From a virus (taxonomy: Duplodnaviria > Caudoviricetes): a stretch of 64,000 nucleotides of DNA. The DNA lies in the IMG/VR virus record IMGVR_UViG_3300032243_000596, positions 1 to 64,000 of that record. One strand, 5' to 3'. How positions within the stretch are numbered: the first letter of the stretch is position 1; every line of letters begins with the position of its first letter. Positions 47,289 through 57,706 of the stretch are shown here, in pieces. A program made the position numbers and the translations under genes. Under the pieces are notes generated by a model. The model did not search any database, had not been told where the DNA came from, and saw only the letters and a program-made list of their open reading frames with translations.

Positions 47289-47437
47289 ATGATTTCTCCT
47301 TTCACTTACAGAGTGTAGTTTTATATACCAGTTGAAATCCAGTAATAACTACTAACTTATCTAGTTAACAGCTAGTATTATACTGTATTCTTGCAGAAAT
47401 TGCAAGGTTATATGAGCAGTTAACTGAAATAAATCTG

Positions 47438-49375
47438 TCAAACTTTTGGCGTAGGGTTACTGCCAATGCTGGTCAAAATGGTATCATTTTTGCTTTGAGC
47501 AAACACAGCCTTGGCAATGTCGCCCGATGTGTTTGGTTGTGTGAGGCCGTAAAGCATCAGGTCTGTACCCAAATTTAAGGTGTCTTCTATAAGACCGGGA
47601 ACGGAACTTACAAAACTTAAAATTTGATTTGCATCAACGTTATTGTAAACTGCTATGTTTGCCTTGTTGAAGTTTTTATGCTCATAGTACAGTTGTTGGC
47701 ATAGATAGGTATAGTTGTCGTTGATTGTTGACACAATGGCGCCAACAGTGGGATCGGCAACTATGGTGTTGAGCAAATTAAACAATTGAGTTTTTGCCGC
47801 TTCCAACTGTGTGCCCCAGTAGTCCGGCCCACCTACATTTGTCAGTACTTTTTCGTAAGAAGAAAAACTACCGCCGTCGCTGGCATAAGTGGTTTCAACT
47901 GTTGTATACTGTGCGGGAGGATTTCTAACCCAATTATTTGCTGTGGCCGCTTCTGCCGCAGTCAGTGGAACTTTGGCATCATAACGACTAATATTGGTCA
48001 ATAGATCCCTTATTTGCGGCCCGTAGCTGGTGGCATACAGTTGTAGGAATCCGTTGTTTATTTTTGTTATAGTGTCGGTCAAGTAACCCGATGCCATTCC
48101 AATGACATTCAATATGCTGGCAGGTTTGTTGCTGACGGTTGTGGGCAAATAAGCTCTAAGATTTGCAATGATGTCAGGATTCAACAAACTGGTGGTTGTT
48201 GATATAGATTCTACATTGGCCGACACTTCTGTTTGTATGTTGTTGAGAGCTGTGGCAAAATCTTTGCCCAAGGTCAGTGCAAAATTTGGAGCGCGGTATT
48301 TCAAGTCAACGCCCGCCTCAGCAAAACTGGCAAACGCACTGTCGTTGTTTATTTTACTGGCGGCGGTGATACTGGTATAGTCCATTGGACTGGACATTTG
48401 GGTAATTGTACTTTCCACTACCTGTTGGATAGTGGTCAATTGATCCGGATCAGTTATTTGAAGTAAGATCTGTTCAACAACAAGATCATAGTTGGTATTA
48501 TAAATGTTGTCCACGCTGACATTGGCGTCAGACAAAGCCTGTGTCAGTGTCACTCCCGATGACAGTGTGATGACCCCGCCCAGGCCCAGATCCAGCATTA
48601 CACGGGCCACTGCATTGGCTGTGCCAAACCGTCCACTGGGCACACTCAATACCATTTTACCCACGTTGTTGAATGCCTGTGTCAATGCCAAGCCTTGTTT
48701 GTATCGGGCAAATCCTCCCGATACCAGATCCTTATAACTGGTGGCCCCGTAGTAGGACAAGTTGTTGGCCTGACTATTGTTTAACCCTGCGGTAAAATCG
48801 TTGGCACTGCCAATCCAACCCAAGACCTGATTCAATACACTGATAAAATAAAAATTGTCCCAGTTGTTGCTGCCTGATAGTCTGTTGATTTGTAGGTCTG
48901 CATAGTACAAAAACGACCCTTGCATATCAGTAAACTTGGCGGGCATAACTCCGGTCAGTGCGGGCATAGCACTATTACTTCCAAATGTTATAAGACTTGG
49001 ATCTTTCATATAAGTGCCAAAGTATCCCGAGAACCAGGGCACTGCCGAAGCAGAGTCATCAAATACATAATTGGCCCCAGCTTCAGGGTAACCAGGAATT
49101 ACACTGGTAATGCTGGTGGGGCTGGCTGCTTGACCGTTGGCATAGACAAAATTATAGCTGGCGGGACTAAGTTGTGTGGCCACCAATTGACCTTGTGCGC
49201 TGAGACTGCCACTGTATACACCACTGTTTGCGTCCCAGGGATTTAGTCGCCCGAGATCCGCTGTGGGTATTGCAACACCCTGAATGACAGGACCGCCCCA
49301 CTCCGGGCTAAATGGTTTCGAACTTGAAACAGAGGAATCAGCGTTGGCTGAAAAAGGTCCGTATACTGCAGCCAT
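47438..49375 (-). CDS. large putative virion structural protein
   Basis: Ser/Thr/Asn/Ala-rich; start MAAVYG (TAATG coupling); near PAAR gene. Confidence 0.6.
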   Translation of the reverse strand: MAAVYGPFSANADSSVSSSKPFSPEWGGPVIQGVAIPTADLGRLNPWDANSGVYSGSLSAQGQLVATQLSPASYNFVYANGQAASPTSITSVIPGYPEAGANYVFDDSASAVPWFSGYFGTYMKDPSLITFGSNSAMPALTGVMPAKFTDMQGSFLYYADLQINRLSGSNNWDNFYFISVLNQVLGWIGSANDFTAGLNNSQANNLSYYGATSYKDLVSGGFARYKQGLALTQAFNNVGKMVLSVPSGRFGTANAVARVMLDLGLGGVITLSSGVTLTQALSDANVSVDNIYNTNYDLVVEQILLQITDPDQLTTIQQVVESTITQMSSPMDYTSITAASKINNDSAFASFAEAGVDLKYRAPNFALTLGKDFATALNNIQTEVSANVESISTTTSLLNPDIIANLRAYLPTTVSNKPASILNVIGMASGYLTDTITKINNGFLQLYATSYGPQIRDLLTNISRYDAKVPLTAAEAATANNWVRNPPAQYTTVETTYASDGGSFSSYEKVLTNVGGPDYWGTQLEAAKTQLFNLLNTIVADPTVGAIVSTINDNYTYLCQQLYYEHKNFNKANIAVYNNVDANQILSFVSSVPGLIEDTLNLGTDLMLYGLTQPNTSGDIAKAVFAQSKNDTILTSIGSNPTPKV

Positions 49376-49818
49376 TAGGCTCCCCAACCATAATCACTGG
49401 GACTATAAGGAGGAGGTACTGCTGTACCACCAAATACTATCTTACCATAAAATGCCCAAGTACCGGCGGCAATATTTGCACGTTTGCCTATAAAGACTTT
49501 TTCATATCTATTTTCATCTGGACCGCAGTCAGATGCGCGACGATACAGATAGATATCATCGCCAATGGATTTATAAGCAATACCCACTGTGGTTGTTGAT
49601 ATATCGGGTTGTCTTGGTAAACCGGTGACTGGATCAACTGTGGAGGGACTTAACGGCTCGCTACTGGCAAATTTTTTCATTGCCAGGAGAAAGTCTTGAT
49701 TTACTTTGAACGGAGCACCACCGTTCATCATATCGTGGGCCATAGCCAACTGTAGGCTACTTAATCCGCCTTCTGTTTGCGTGGGAGTCAATCCTTGATA
49801 TATCGCTGGCGTTGACAT
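49375..49818 (-). CDS. putative virion protein
   Basis: directly downstream of PAAR. Confidence 0.55.
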   Translation of the reverse strand: MSTPAIYQGLTPTQTEGGLSSLQLAMAHDMMNGGAPFKVNQDFLLAMKKFASSEPLSPSTVDPVTGLPRQPDISTTTVGIAYKSIGDDIYLYRRASDCGPDENRYEKVFIGKRANIAAGTWAFYGKIVFGGTAVPPPYSPSDYGWGA

Positions 49819-49819
49819 A

Positions 49820-50104
49820 TTAACCCTTGATAATCACGTCACTGCTGGCGGTGGCCACAGATTCTCCGCAAGTACCTTTACTGCCTTTGGTCAAGGGGCT
49901 TTGTCCCTCTATGGTTACCTTGCCACCACTGGCAAAGATAACACCAAAGCAGTGTAATTTTGCTATGGGGCATTTAAGATGCGGTGTAAAGTTAGCACCG
50001 TTAAGCGCCACGGGACGGCCGTTGACAAACACAGATGAACTGCTGTTGCCTATAACAACCCCACCCTTACCATATAAATCACCAATTCTTGCTATGCCTG
50101 ACAT
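49820..50104 (-). CDS. PAAR-like tail spike tip
   Basis: IARIGD, VFVNGRPVA, TPH..C...H, TCG. Confidence 0.85.
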   Translation of the reverse strand: MSGIARIGDLYGKGGVVIGNSSSSVFVNGRPVALNGANFTPHLKCPIAKLHCFGVIFASGGKVTIEGQSPLTKGSKGTCGESVATASSDVIIKG

Positions 50105-50113
50105 AAAAGCCCC

Positions 50114-50425
50114 TTATACGATTATTGGGCCCTTGCTAATTGTTTCAATACCTGTGGTAGTTTTGATATAGTGGGACGCCAACTGTTGAATTGCTGGTGC
50201 GTGTAACATCACGTGCTCAGATTTCAACTCTACATCCTTATTTATATCCGCACTAAACAGGGTTTGTATGAGACCGATGCCTTGATGACTAGGTACCACT
50301 GTACAAGGTCTATTTAAAAGCCACCCTTTTGGTGTCGTTTCTACAATTTTTGCAACGATTTCGTCACCGTTTACCAGTTTAAACGACACTAAATCGTCAC
50401 GGTCATATTCTTTAGATAATAGCAT
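50114..50425 (-). CDS. Sm-like phage hypothetical protein
   Basis: VSFKLVNGDEIVAK. Confidence 0.7.
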   Translation of the reverse strand: MLLSKEYDRDDLVSFKLVNGDEIVAKIVETTPKGWLLNRPCTVVPSHQGIGLIQTLFSADINKDVELKSEHVMLHAPAIQQLASHYIKTTTGIETISKGPIIV

Positions 50426-50666
50426 TTAGTCTTTCTTTTAGTTCATCTTCAGTCAGTTTGGCTAGTCCTTGAAATCCACCTTCAACAAACACTTGACCGT
50501 CTCGATAAATTTGTGGAACAGTTCTGTGGCCTGCTTCCATAATAAATTGCCTTGCCACAGGATCTTGATCCACACGTATTTCTTCAAATGCAATATTTTT
50601 TAATTTTAATAAATTTTTTGCTTGATCACAAAACGGACAATTGGCTTTACTATATACTGTTAACAT
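50412..50666 (-). CDS. grxC: glutaredoxin
   Basis: CPFC, TVPQIY, GGF. Confidence 0.92.
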   Translation of the reverse strand: MLTVYSKANCPFCDQAKNLLKLKNIAFEEIRVDQDPVARQFIMEAGHRTVPQIYRDGQVFVEGGFQGLAKLTEDELKERLNAII

Positions 50667-51711
50667 CTTTTATTTCCTTTATTTTATTATATACCATTTC
50701 TTGCATCCTTGCTTTTATTTCATCCTGCAGGGAATACAAACGTTGATAATTATGTTCTACCGTGTCATTGATTTGACTACTAACACTATTATAGTCTTGT
50801 GTGCTCAAATATTCAATCTGTTTGAAGGCCTTGGCAAATCTGGCACCGGGATCTGCTTCTTCATCATAGGATTCGTCAATGACCGTGTCGAATGTTTTAA
50901 ACCCTAAATTCCGTAACTGTTTCAAATATCCCTTACTGGAAAATACGATGAACAACCTTTTACCAAAAATTGCTTTGGTGGTCTTTTCAGTAAAGAAAAA
51001 AGAATATTGAAAAATTGTTTCGGCAATAACGCTGTAGCGTGTTCTGTGATATATTTGCCAAGGTACTATGTCGCTGACATTGTAGGTGATTTCATCTCTT
51101 ACTTCCCAAGCAGGATCCAGATTGGCACTTACGTAAGGATATAATAACGATTGACCATCGAGCAAGGTGTCTATTCTTTGTTGTAGTGACGGTATAGACA
51201 TAAAATCTCCGTGGAACACATCTCTATAATTGACTATGCTACGATCCAATAAACCAGTTGTTTGCATACTGGCCATAATAAAATCTCTGTGACATTTTCT
51301 TGCGCCTAACAATACATCAAAATCAAATATAGGTTCTACCGTGGATTCTTGAAATGTATTCTTGTTGACAAGATTAAAACACCACCAGGGGCGATAAATT
51401 TCGTTGGGCCTGTCTACAGGAGATTCTATACTGCACATAGCCACCAGGTAATTTTTTATACCCTGTTCTTGTGCCCATATTCTTACCTGCCCCACGTCCC
51501 AGTTTTCTATTTCTGTCAACAACAATAGGTCAAAAGGCTTGTGATCAAACGAATCAGTATACTGATTATAAAATGCCGGCACACAGGCAATTTTTATGTC
51601 CTGGCTTAAAACTTCCGTTAAATCTGTAGAACGCTGGAACTGGTGGTGAATGAATCCAAACCAGTCGGCAAAACAATCTACAGTTATGTGGGGATTATAG
51701 ATCTTGATCAT
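50650..51711 (-). CDS. GT-B/exostosin-like hypothetical protein (member 2 of 3)
   Basis: AETIF...FTEKTTK...GFKTFDTVIDESYD. Confidence 0.65.
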   Translation of the reverse strand: MIKIYNPHITVDCFADWFGFIHHQFQRSTDLTEVLSQDIKIACVPAFYNQYTDSFDHKPFDLLLLTEIENWDVGQVRIWAQEQGIKNYLVAMCSIESPVDRPNEIYRPWWCFNLVNKNTFQESTVEPIFDFDVLLGARKCHRDFIMASMQTTGLLDRSIVNYRDVFHGDFMSIPSLQQRIDTLLDGQSLLYPYVSANLDPAWEVRDEITYNVSDIVPWQIYHRTRYSVIAETIFQYSFFFTEKTTKAIFGKRLFIVFSSKGYLKQLRNLGFKTFDTVIDESYDEEADPGARFAKAFKQIEYLSTQDYNSVSSQINDTVEHNYQRLYSLQDEIKARMQEMVYNKIKEIKDVNSI

Positions 51712-52547
51712 AGAAATTTTCGTACCTTATCGAACACACGATCAAAATCTCTGACTGTCATAGTGTCCCAATCTAACATTAAACTGTTGTCTAACTTGGG
51801 GATGGCGTCACATACACAATTATAGTCCTTGGTTAAATTGTCCAACTCATCTAATGTTTTGTATTGGAATCTGGTTTGCTCGATGAGTTCAACTGGGCGT
51901 TGTGTAATGGTCCAATTGGCAAGATACTCGTACTCGCTGAACCAGCGTATGCCTGTTTCCAACGGCACGTTATTGATAATAGCATCAAAGGCATCACAAT
52001 TATTTCGTGTTTCCAATGTGTGTTTGAGACTTAGCCAATCTTCTTTGAATGTGGGCATAAACTCTGTGACAAAGCAATGCGGGCTTTGGCGGGGAATACC
52101 TAAACTGTTTTCAATAACTTTATAATAACCATAGCTGTGTGTTTCGTTGGGCAGAATAAAGAACTTGGGATCGCCACGTTCATTGACACAGGTATAGGGC
52201 ACAATACTGAATGTGTCAGGATCTTGGATCAATACACAGTCAGCATCCAAGTAATCGATACTGGCCATTTTTAATGCCTGCTGGTACAACCAACTGCCCC
52301 GGGGATCATCGTCAAACCACCAATTACGCAGGGTGGGATATCGGGCGTCCATTTCCTTGTCTTCAACATAGATTAATTTATCTGTGTCTATGTTATATTT
52401 TTTTAAGATGTTATTGACAAAGTCCAGGCTCATATCTGTGAACACATAAGTTTGATCTATATTTTGCAAATAGTGGTCAAACTGCATACTCAGGCAGGCG
52501 TGGGGGATCCTGTAACTGGCCAAGAATAGGGCTCTTACTGTTTTCAA
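51708..52547 (-). CDS. DUF6492-like glycosyltransferase-fold protein
   Basis: WLYQQALKM, QDPD, FSEYEYLANW. Confidence 0.55.
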   Translation of the reverse strand: MKTVRALFLASYRIPHACLSMQFDHYLQNIDQTYVFTDMSLDFVNNILKKYNIDTDKLIYVEDKEMDARYPTLRNWWFDDDPRGSWLYQQALKMASIDYLDADCVLIQDPDTFSIVPYTCVNERGDPKFFILPNETHSYGYYKVIENSLGIPRQSPHCFVTEFMPTFKEDWLSLKHTLETRNNCDAFDAIINNVPLETGIRWFSEYEYLANWTITQRPVELIEQTRFQYKTLDELDNLTKDYNCVCDAIPKLDNSLMLDWDTMTVRDFDRVFDKVRKFL

Positions 52548-52555
52548 GGTAAACC

Positions 52556-53656
52556 TTACAAATTAGGCAGTGCTTCGTAGTCTAACATTTCACTCATCAC
52601 GCCAATAACGTAATTTGTGCTTTCACTTTCCTGTAGTGCTGTTTGTTTTTTACTAGTGTCACTGTGTTTATTGAACCAAGGTATAGGAGTTGATTTGGGG
52701 CTTGGTGTAAGATATTTAATGCCTATTTCGTATAGGGCAGTTTTTGCTGTAAAGTCAACAAAATCTTTAAGAATGTTGGCGTTGAGTCCAATTACTGGTC
52801 CCAATTTGAATAGGTAGTCTGCCCACTGTTTTTCTTCGCGTATGACATCCATATACAATCGATATACTTCTGCTTCGCACTCTTGTTTAGCCTGCACAAA
52901 GCGTGGATCTTCTTTGACCACTTGATTGATCAAATAGGCTGTCCAGCCTTTGTGTAGCAGTTCGTCTTGTAGAATCAAACTGATGATGTTGCCGTTGCCG
53001 ATAAAAATTTTATTTTCTACCATTGCCAAACTTGTGGCGAATGATACCATAAAGCGGAATGCTTCTAGTGCATAGCTGGCATTCAGTGCCATCCATATGG
53101 CCTTGATGTGTGTCTGTTCACTGATCTTTTCGCCTGTTTCCTTACGACAGTTGATCACGTGTAGCGCATCATAGTATTCTCCCACACTACTGGCCATATC
53201 AACTATTTCTTTGGTATCGTGAATAGTATTGAATACATCCTTGGGCACATTATAGATATTACGAATGATATGACTGTAGCTCTTTGAATGTATATTGGTT
53301 TCAAAGAAACCCCAATTGTACATAAGTGCTTCTACTTCAGGTAGGCTGCACACTGGAGTAAACACCTGTGTGGGACCGCGTCCTTGTAAACTGTCCAATG
53401 CTGTTTGGCGTAACAAGTTACTGGTAAAGATATGTTTGATAGCATCCGATGCTTCTTTAAAGTCGTTGCTGTCTTTAGTCAGACTAATCTCTTCGGGTTG
53501 CCAAAAGAACCCGCGAGCAGTGGCTTCAAAGTCTGCTATCTTTTTATATTTGACTTCTTCAAAACGTTGAATAGTAACTGGACCTGCTGGATCCAGAAAC
53601 ATCTTGCGACTGAGGTAGTTTGTTTTTGTTTGTAAATTATATTGTTCTTGGCTCAT
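52556..53656 (-). CDS. nrdB: ribonucleotide reductase class Ia beta subunit
   Basis: FWQPEE, QTALDS, ETNIHSKSY, EAFRF, DELLH. Confidence 0.96.
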   Translation of the reverse strand: MSQEQYNLQTKTNYLSRKMFLDPAGPVTIQRFEEVKYKKIADFEATARGFFWQPEEISLTKDSNDFKEASDAIKHIFTSNLLRQTALDSLQGRGPTQVFTPVCSLPEVEALMYNWGFFETNIHSKSYSHIIRNIYNVPKDVFNTIHDTKEIVDMASSVGEYYDALHVINCRKETGEKISEQTHIKAIWMALNASYALEAFRFMVSFATSLAMVENKIFIGNGNIISLILQDELLHKGWTAYLINQVVKEDPRFVQAKQECEAEVYRLYMDVIREEKQWADYLFKLGPVIGLNANILKDFVDFTAKTALYEIGIKYLTPSPKSTPIPWFNKHSDTSKKQTALQESESTNYVIGVMSEMLDYEALPNL

Positions 53657-54312
53657 TTATAGTTTCCTGATGCGAGTACTATCTTGCAAATATGTTCTAG
53701 TCGTTCAATATGTTCGTATGCTCTCCACGGTGTGGTATCAATAGCAACTACACCGTGTCCTTTGATACCTACAATGTCATAGGCAATATTTCCATCTCTA
53801 TCTAATTGTAACATCTTATGGCACTGATCTGCAAGCTCTTGACTGATAGGAGGCACATCTCCCACGTTTGGTGCTACCCGAGTATATCGGTTCAATTCTG
53901 GAAAAGCATCGCTGATAGTATTTAAGTCGATGCCGGCGTGCATTGCGGCAATGCAATAAGTAGGATGTACGTGTACAACTACACGTACCTCGCCCTTGTG
54001 TTGTCCCATTTCTCTCTGTAGGCCAAAGTGCAAGGGAATCTCTCCACTGGGCTTTAGATTAGCACTAATGTCAGTATAAGGTAAGTCTCTCCAGTTATAT
54101 CCAAAAACACCTGTGCCGTTGCCACTGTTAATAGTTCTATCAATGCTGATCTTTTTGAACTGATCTGGTTGTAGTGTTTGTTTACGTACTCCACTAGGTG
54201 TGATATAAAAGTGATCACGGTCGTGGTGACGAATGCTTACATTGCCATCACGACTAGTAATCCAGTTACGCTTATAAGCGTCGGTCATTATATCACAAAT
54301 AGTTTCTAACAA
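53653..54312 (-). CDS. class II aldolase/adducin family protein
   Basis: GNVS, YITPSG, SGEIPLH, HVHP, GHG. Confidence 0.88.
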   Translation of the reverse strand: MLETICDIMTDAYKRNWITSRDGNVSIRHHDRDHFYITPSGVRKQTLQPDQFKKISIDRTINSGNGTGVFGYNWRDLPYTDISANLKPSGEIPLHFGLQREMGQHKGEVRVVVHVHPTYCIAAMHAGIDLNTISDAFPELNRYTRVAPNVGDVPPISQELADQCHKMLQLDRDGNIAYDIVGIKGHGVVAIDTTPWRAYEHIERLEHICKIVLASGNYK

Positions 54313-54325
54313 AATTTACAGCTTT

Positions 54326-56647
54326 CTATAATTTACAAGAGAGACAATCCTCCTCGCCTTCGTCAAAGTCTATTGCTTCTAACTTTGCTTCTGGTTCATC
54401 TTGGCCTTTACTGCCTGCTTTATTGATTAGACTGTAGTAGAATGTCTTCAGGCCCCAATGATGCGCCAACATAAGATTTTTAGCAATTAGTGTAGTAGGA
54501 ACTTTACGATCCGCAAAGTACGCCGGATTGTAAAAAGTGTTAGTAGATATGCTTTGATCCACATACGCAGCCAAAACAGCCGCAGTTTTGATATATCCGT
54601 CACAGTCTTTTTGATCCCACATTAGTTGATATTTATTTTTAAGTCTTTGGTATTCTGGCACAACCTGAGTAAATGAGCCTGCTTTGCTTTCCTTAGTGGA
54701 AATAAGACTCATAGGCAGTTCAATTCCATTGGTGCTGTTTATGACCACACTACTGGACTCCACAGGAGCAATGGCCATTAGTGTGGCATTACGAACGCCG
54801 TACTGTTTCATATTTACTCGAAGCGTTTCCCAATCTAGTTCGGGAGTAAAATCTGCTAATTCGTTTACACCCGCTGCACGTAGTTCCCAAGGGAAAGTGC
54901 CTTGTCCGTAACGTGTTTTTTCACTGTGTGTACAGGCTCCGCGTTCTTTTGCTAACTCAACAGTTGCTTCTGTTAAGTAGAATGCTTGATGCTCCATCCA
55001 GCTTTTGACATCTTGTAGTGCGTCTTTGTCTCCATACTTGAGTCCGCGCTTGGCGTGCCAGTAGGCCAAGTTAGTAACACCAATACCCAATGGGCTAATT
55101 TCATCGTTGCTTAATTTACTCTGTATGCTCAAAAAGTCCTGGTAATCAAGAATGTTGCATAGACTGCGCTGTAGAATACGGCAAGCACGTCGCATATCCT
55201 CAGGATTACGGAACGCTCCCCAGTTGATCGAGCCGAGTGTACACAGAGCAATACGGCCGCTATCATCATCAAGGCGCTTAAAAGATCGTGTTGGTAAAAG
55301 AATTTCACAGCATAAGTTTGACTGATAAATTGCGTGGTGTTGGGGATCAAATGGTCCTTGGTTCTGAACATTGTCCACAAACACAAGATAGATACGACCC
55401 GTATCAGTCCTCTCCTTGAGTATACCACTTTTGAATACTTCTTCGGCACTCATAGTTTTAGTGCGTAGATCTGTGCGTTTCTCATACTTGACATAAAGTT
55501 CTTCAAACAGAGCAATGTCTTTGTAAAAAGCTTCGTACAGGTCAGGCACTTCGTTAGGATCAAAGAATGTTATGTTTTCTTTGTTTTTAAATCGTCTCCA
55601 GAAGAAAGCTGACAGCACAACCCCATAATCCATATGACGGACTCGGGTTTCTTCTGTTCCTTGGTTGTTCTTAAGCACGATAAGGTCATCAAACTGATGA
55701 TGCCAAATAGGATAAAATACAGTAGCACTAGCATTACGAATACCTCCTTGACTACAACTGCGTAGATCGCCAAACCATTTCTTTAAGAATGGTATCATAC
55801 CGGTGTGCATAATTTCGCCACCGCGTATGGGACTGCCCAGCGGACGCAGTCGGCCAATTTCTAAACCAATGCCAGCACGTTTACTGGCATACTTGGCCAT
55901 CATTTCTCCGGATGCAAATATGCTATCAAGATCGTCATCGCTGCGAATAAGAACGCAACTTGAAAATTGTTTAGTAGGAGTGCCCAACCCAGCCAACACA
56001 GGAGTAGCCAAGGTAAACAGTCCATCGCTGGCTGCTTGATAATATTCTTTGATATAGCGCATACGTGCGCTGTTAGGTTCTTCTTTATGGAACACAGTAG
56101 CGGCGGCCACCATATATCTAATTTGTGGAGTTTCATAAATTTCCTTTGTGGCTCGATTACGTACCAGATACTTTTCAATAAGTTGTTCAATGGCCGCATA
56201 ACCGTATTGCTCGTCTTTTTCGTGATCCAGCATAGCGTCCATTCGATTCCAATCTTCTTCACTGTACCAAGAAAGTAATTCAGATGTGTATAGGCCAACT
56301 TCGATATTCTTTTTAACAATTGAATAAAGGTGAGGAACTTCATAGGCTCCATAGACATCTTTACGCAACATTGATAATCTTTGCTTGCCTGCCACATACT
56401 GATAGTTGATGTGGCCAAGATCAGGATTGGACTCTACGTCAATTAGGTCTACAATAGCTCTAAGAGTAATTTCGTCAATTTCTTGTGTTGTAATTCCATC
56501 GTAAAAGTGCGGCTGACTTTTAATTTCTATCATTGATTGACTAACATCTGCTGTATTTTTACAGACTTTTGCAATTTGTGCTTGCCACTTTTCGATTGTT
56601 AATGGTTCTTTTTTACCGCTGCGTTTTGTAACTTGAATTTGCGTCAT
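54326..56647 (-). CDS. nrdA: ribonucleotide reductase class Ia alpha subunit with ATP cone
   Basis: VTKRSG, SSCVL, SNLCCEI, ALCTL, TFYY, C-terminal CLSC. Confidence 0.97.
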   Translation of the reverse strand: MTQIQVTKRSGKKEPLTIEKWQAQIAKVCKNTADVSQSMIEIKSQPHFYDGITTQEIDEITLRAIVDLIDVESNPDLGHINYQYVAGKQRLSMLRKDVYGAYEVPHLYSIVKKNIEVGLYTSELLSWYSEEDWNRMDAMLDHEKDEQYGYAAIEQLIEKYLVRNRATKEIYETPQIRYMVAAATVFHKEEPNSARMRYIKEYYQAASDGLFTLATPVLAGLGTPTKQFSSCVLIRSDDDLDSIFASGEMMAKYASKRAGIGLEIGRLRPLGSPIRGGEIMHTGMIPFLKKWFGDLRSCSQGGIRNASATVFYPIWHHQFDDLIVLKNNQGTEETRVRHMDYGVVLSAFFWRRFKNKENITFFDPNEVPDLYEAFYKDIALFEELYVKYEKRTDLRTKTMSAEEVFKSGILKERTDTGRIYLVFVDNVQNQGPFDPQHHAIYQSNLCCEILLPTRSFKRLDDDSGRIALCTLGSINWGAFRNPEDMRRACRILQRSLCNILDYQDFLSIQSKLSNDEISPLGIGVTNLAYWHAKRGLKYGDKDALQDVKSWMEHQAFYLTEATVELAKERGACTHSEKTRYGQGTFPWELRAAGVNELADFTPELDWETLRVNMKQYGVRNATLMAIAPVESSSVVINSTNGIELPMSLISTKESKAGSFTQVVPEYQRLKNKYQLMWDQKDCDGYIKTAAVLAAYVDQSISTNTFYNPAYFADRKVPTTLIAKNLMLAHHWGLKTFYYSLINKAGSKGQDEPEAKLEAIDFDEGEEDCLSCKL

Positions 56648-56656
56648 TGATTTCTC

Positions 56657-57103
56657 TTATTGTAATTTTTCTAATCCTAAATCCTTGGGGGAAATAGTTC
56701 TAACTAATTTTAGGCCGGAGTCTACTTGTTTTTTATTTACGACTTCGTCGTGAATGTAATTAAGAACATATTTCTCATTGTCAACAAATACTAAATTATA
56801 CTGTTCCTTGGTTGAAGGTTCATTATATAGTCTTATTTCTAATTCTGGTTTATGGTCACTAAGATATAGAGTATACACTATTCCCAGAGCTTTTGCAAGA
56901 TCACAATAGTAATTTTCATAGACCAATTCCCAAGGACCCGGCCATTCTTCAATGTGATCTGTGGTTAAATAATGCGCCACGTATGGGGCATAACTCCAAA
57001 GATGCTGGGTATCTTTGACTGCTTCTCCCAGTGGTTTTTTGCTGATAGTTTTTCGAAAGTCTTGCCAGAAGCGGAGGCGCTCACCGGGTAGTTGATTCCA
57101 CAT
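56657..57103 (-). CDS. phage hypothetical protein
   Basis: RLRFWQDFR...WPGPWEL. Confidence 0.75.
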   Translation of the reverse strand: MWNQLPGERLRFWQDFRKTISKKPLGEAVKDTQHLWSYAPYVAHYLTTDHIEEWPGPWELVYENYYCDLAKALGIVYTLYLSDHKPELEIRLYNEPSTKEQYNLVFVDNEKYVLNYIHDEVVNKKQVDSGLKLVRTISPKDLGLEKLQ

Positions 57104-57119
57104 TGATTGGGCTAATAGA

Positions 57120-57683
57120 TTAATAGGTTAAAGTTGTGGCCACATAGACCAAATTGGCCACATTGCCCGTATTGCTTGATGTATACTTGACTGCGGCGTT
57201 GCCAAAAGTTGGATCACCCGTCACAGTAAAAGTGATACCAATGTTGGCTGTTTCCGAATATTCTTCATCGTAGGCCACGTTACCGTTGATTTGGCTAATC
57301 CTTAACAAACCAGTTCTTACATCGTTATAACGAGTGATGCTGTAGTTCATTAGCACACCGGATTGTACATTGGCCGAAGGAACACCGGTGAATGGTCCTT
57401 GAAAACTGACAAATGTAGTGGCGGTGGATACATTGTTTGATAATTGTACTTTGCTAGTGGATGGTAAACCCGGGATATCTCCGCGGCCAGCACTGGCCAT
57501 AGTAAGAATTTCAGTGTTGCCTACAGCAGGTGCTCCTTCATCAAGAGTACCATTACCAATATAAAGACGTTGTGTGTCCACGTCCCAGCCCAGTTCGGCT
57601 GATGCTAGTTGTAATCCGTTTGCTGGGCCATTATCTGATAGACCACGACGGTGTTTAATCTGTGAGATTTGTACAATTGCCAT
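57120..57683 (-). CDS. Mtd_N-like virion fibre/structural protein
   Basis: MAIVQISQIKHRRG...LASAELGW..D..RLYIGNG; late promoter at 57704-57711. Confidence 0.75.
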   Translation of the reverse strand: MAIVQISQIKHRRGLSDNGPANGLQLASAELGWDVDTQRLYIGNGTLDEGAPAVGNTEILTMASAGRGDIPGLPSTSKVQLSNNVSTATTFVSFQGPFTGVPSANVQSGVLMNYSITRYNDVRTGLLRISQINGNVAYDEEYSETANIGITFTVTGDPTFGNAAVKYTSSNTGNVANLVYVATTLTY

Positions 57684-57706
57684 TTTTGCTATTCCCTATC
57701 TTGTAT

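Noticed and set aside
49373-49390. Programmed frameshift joining the 147-aa and ~645-aa ORFs
   Set aside because: Ordinary TAATG stop-start coupling; no slippery heptamer or stimulatory structure seen.
52556-56647. Intein or intron in nrdA/nrdB
   Set aside because: Both proteins are normal length with contiguous motifs.
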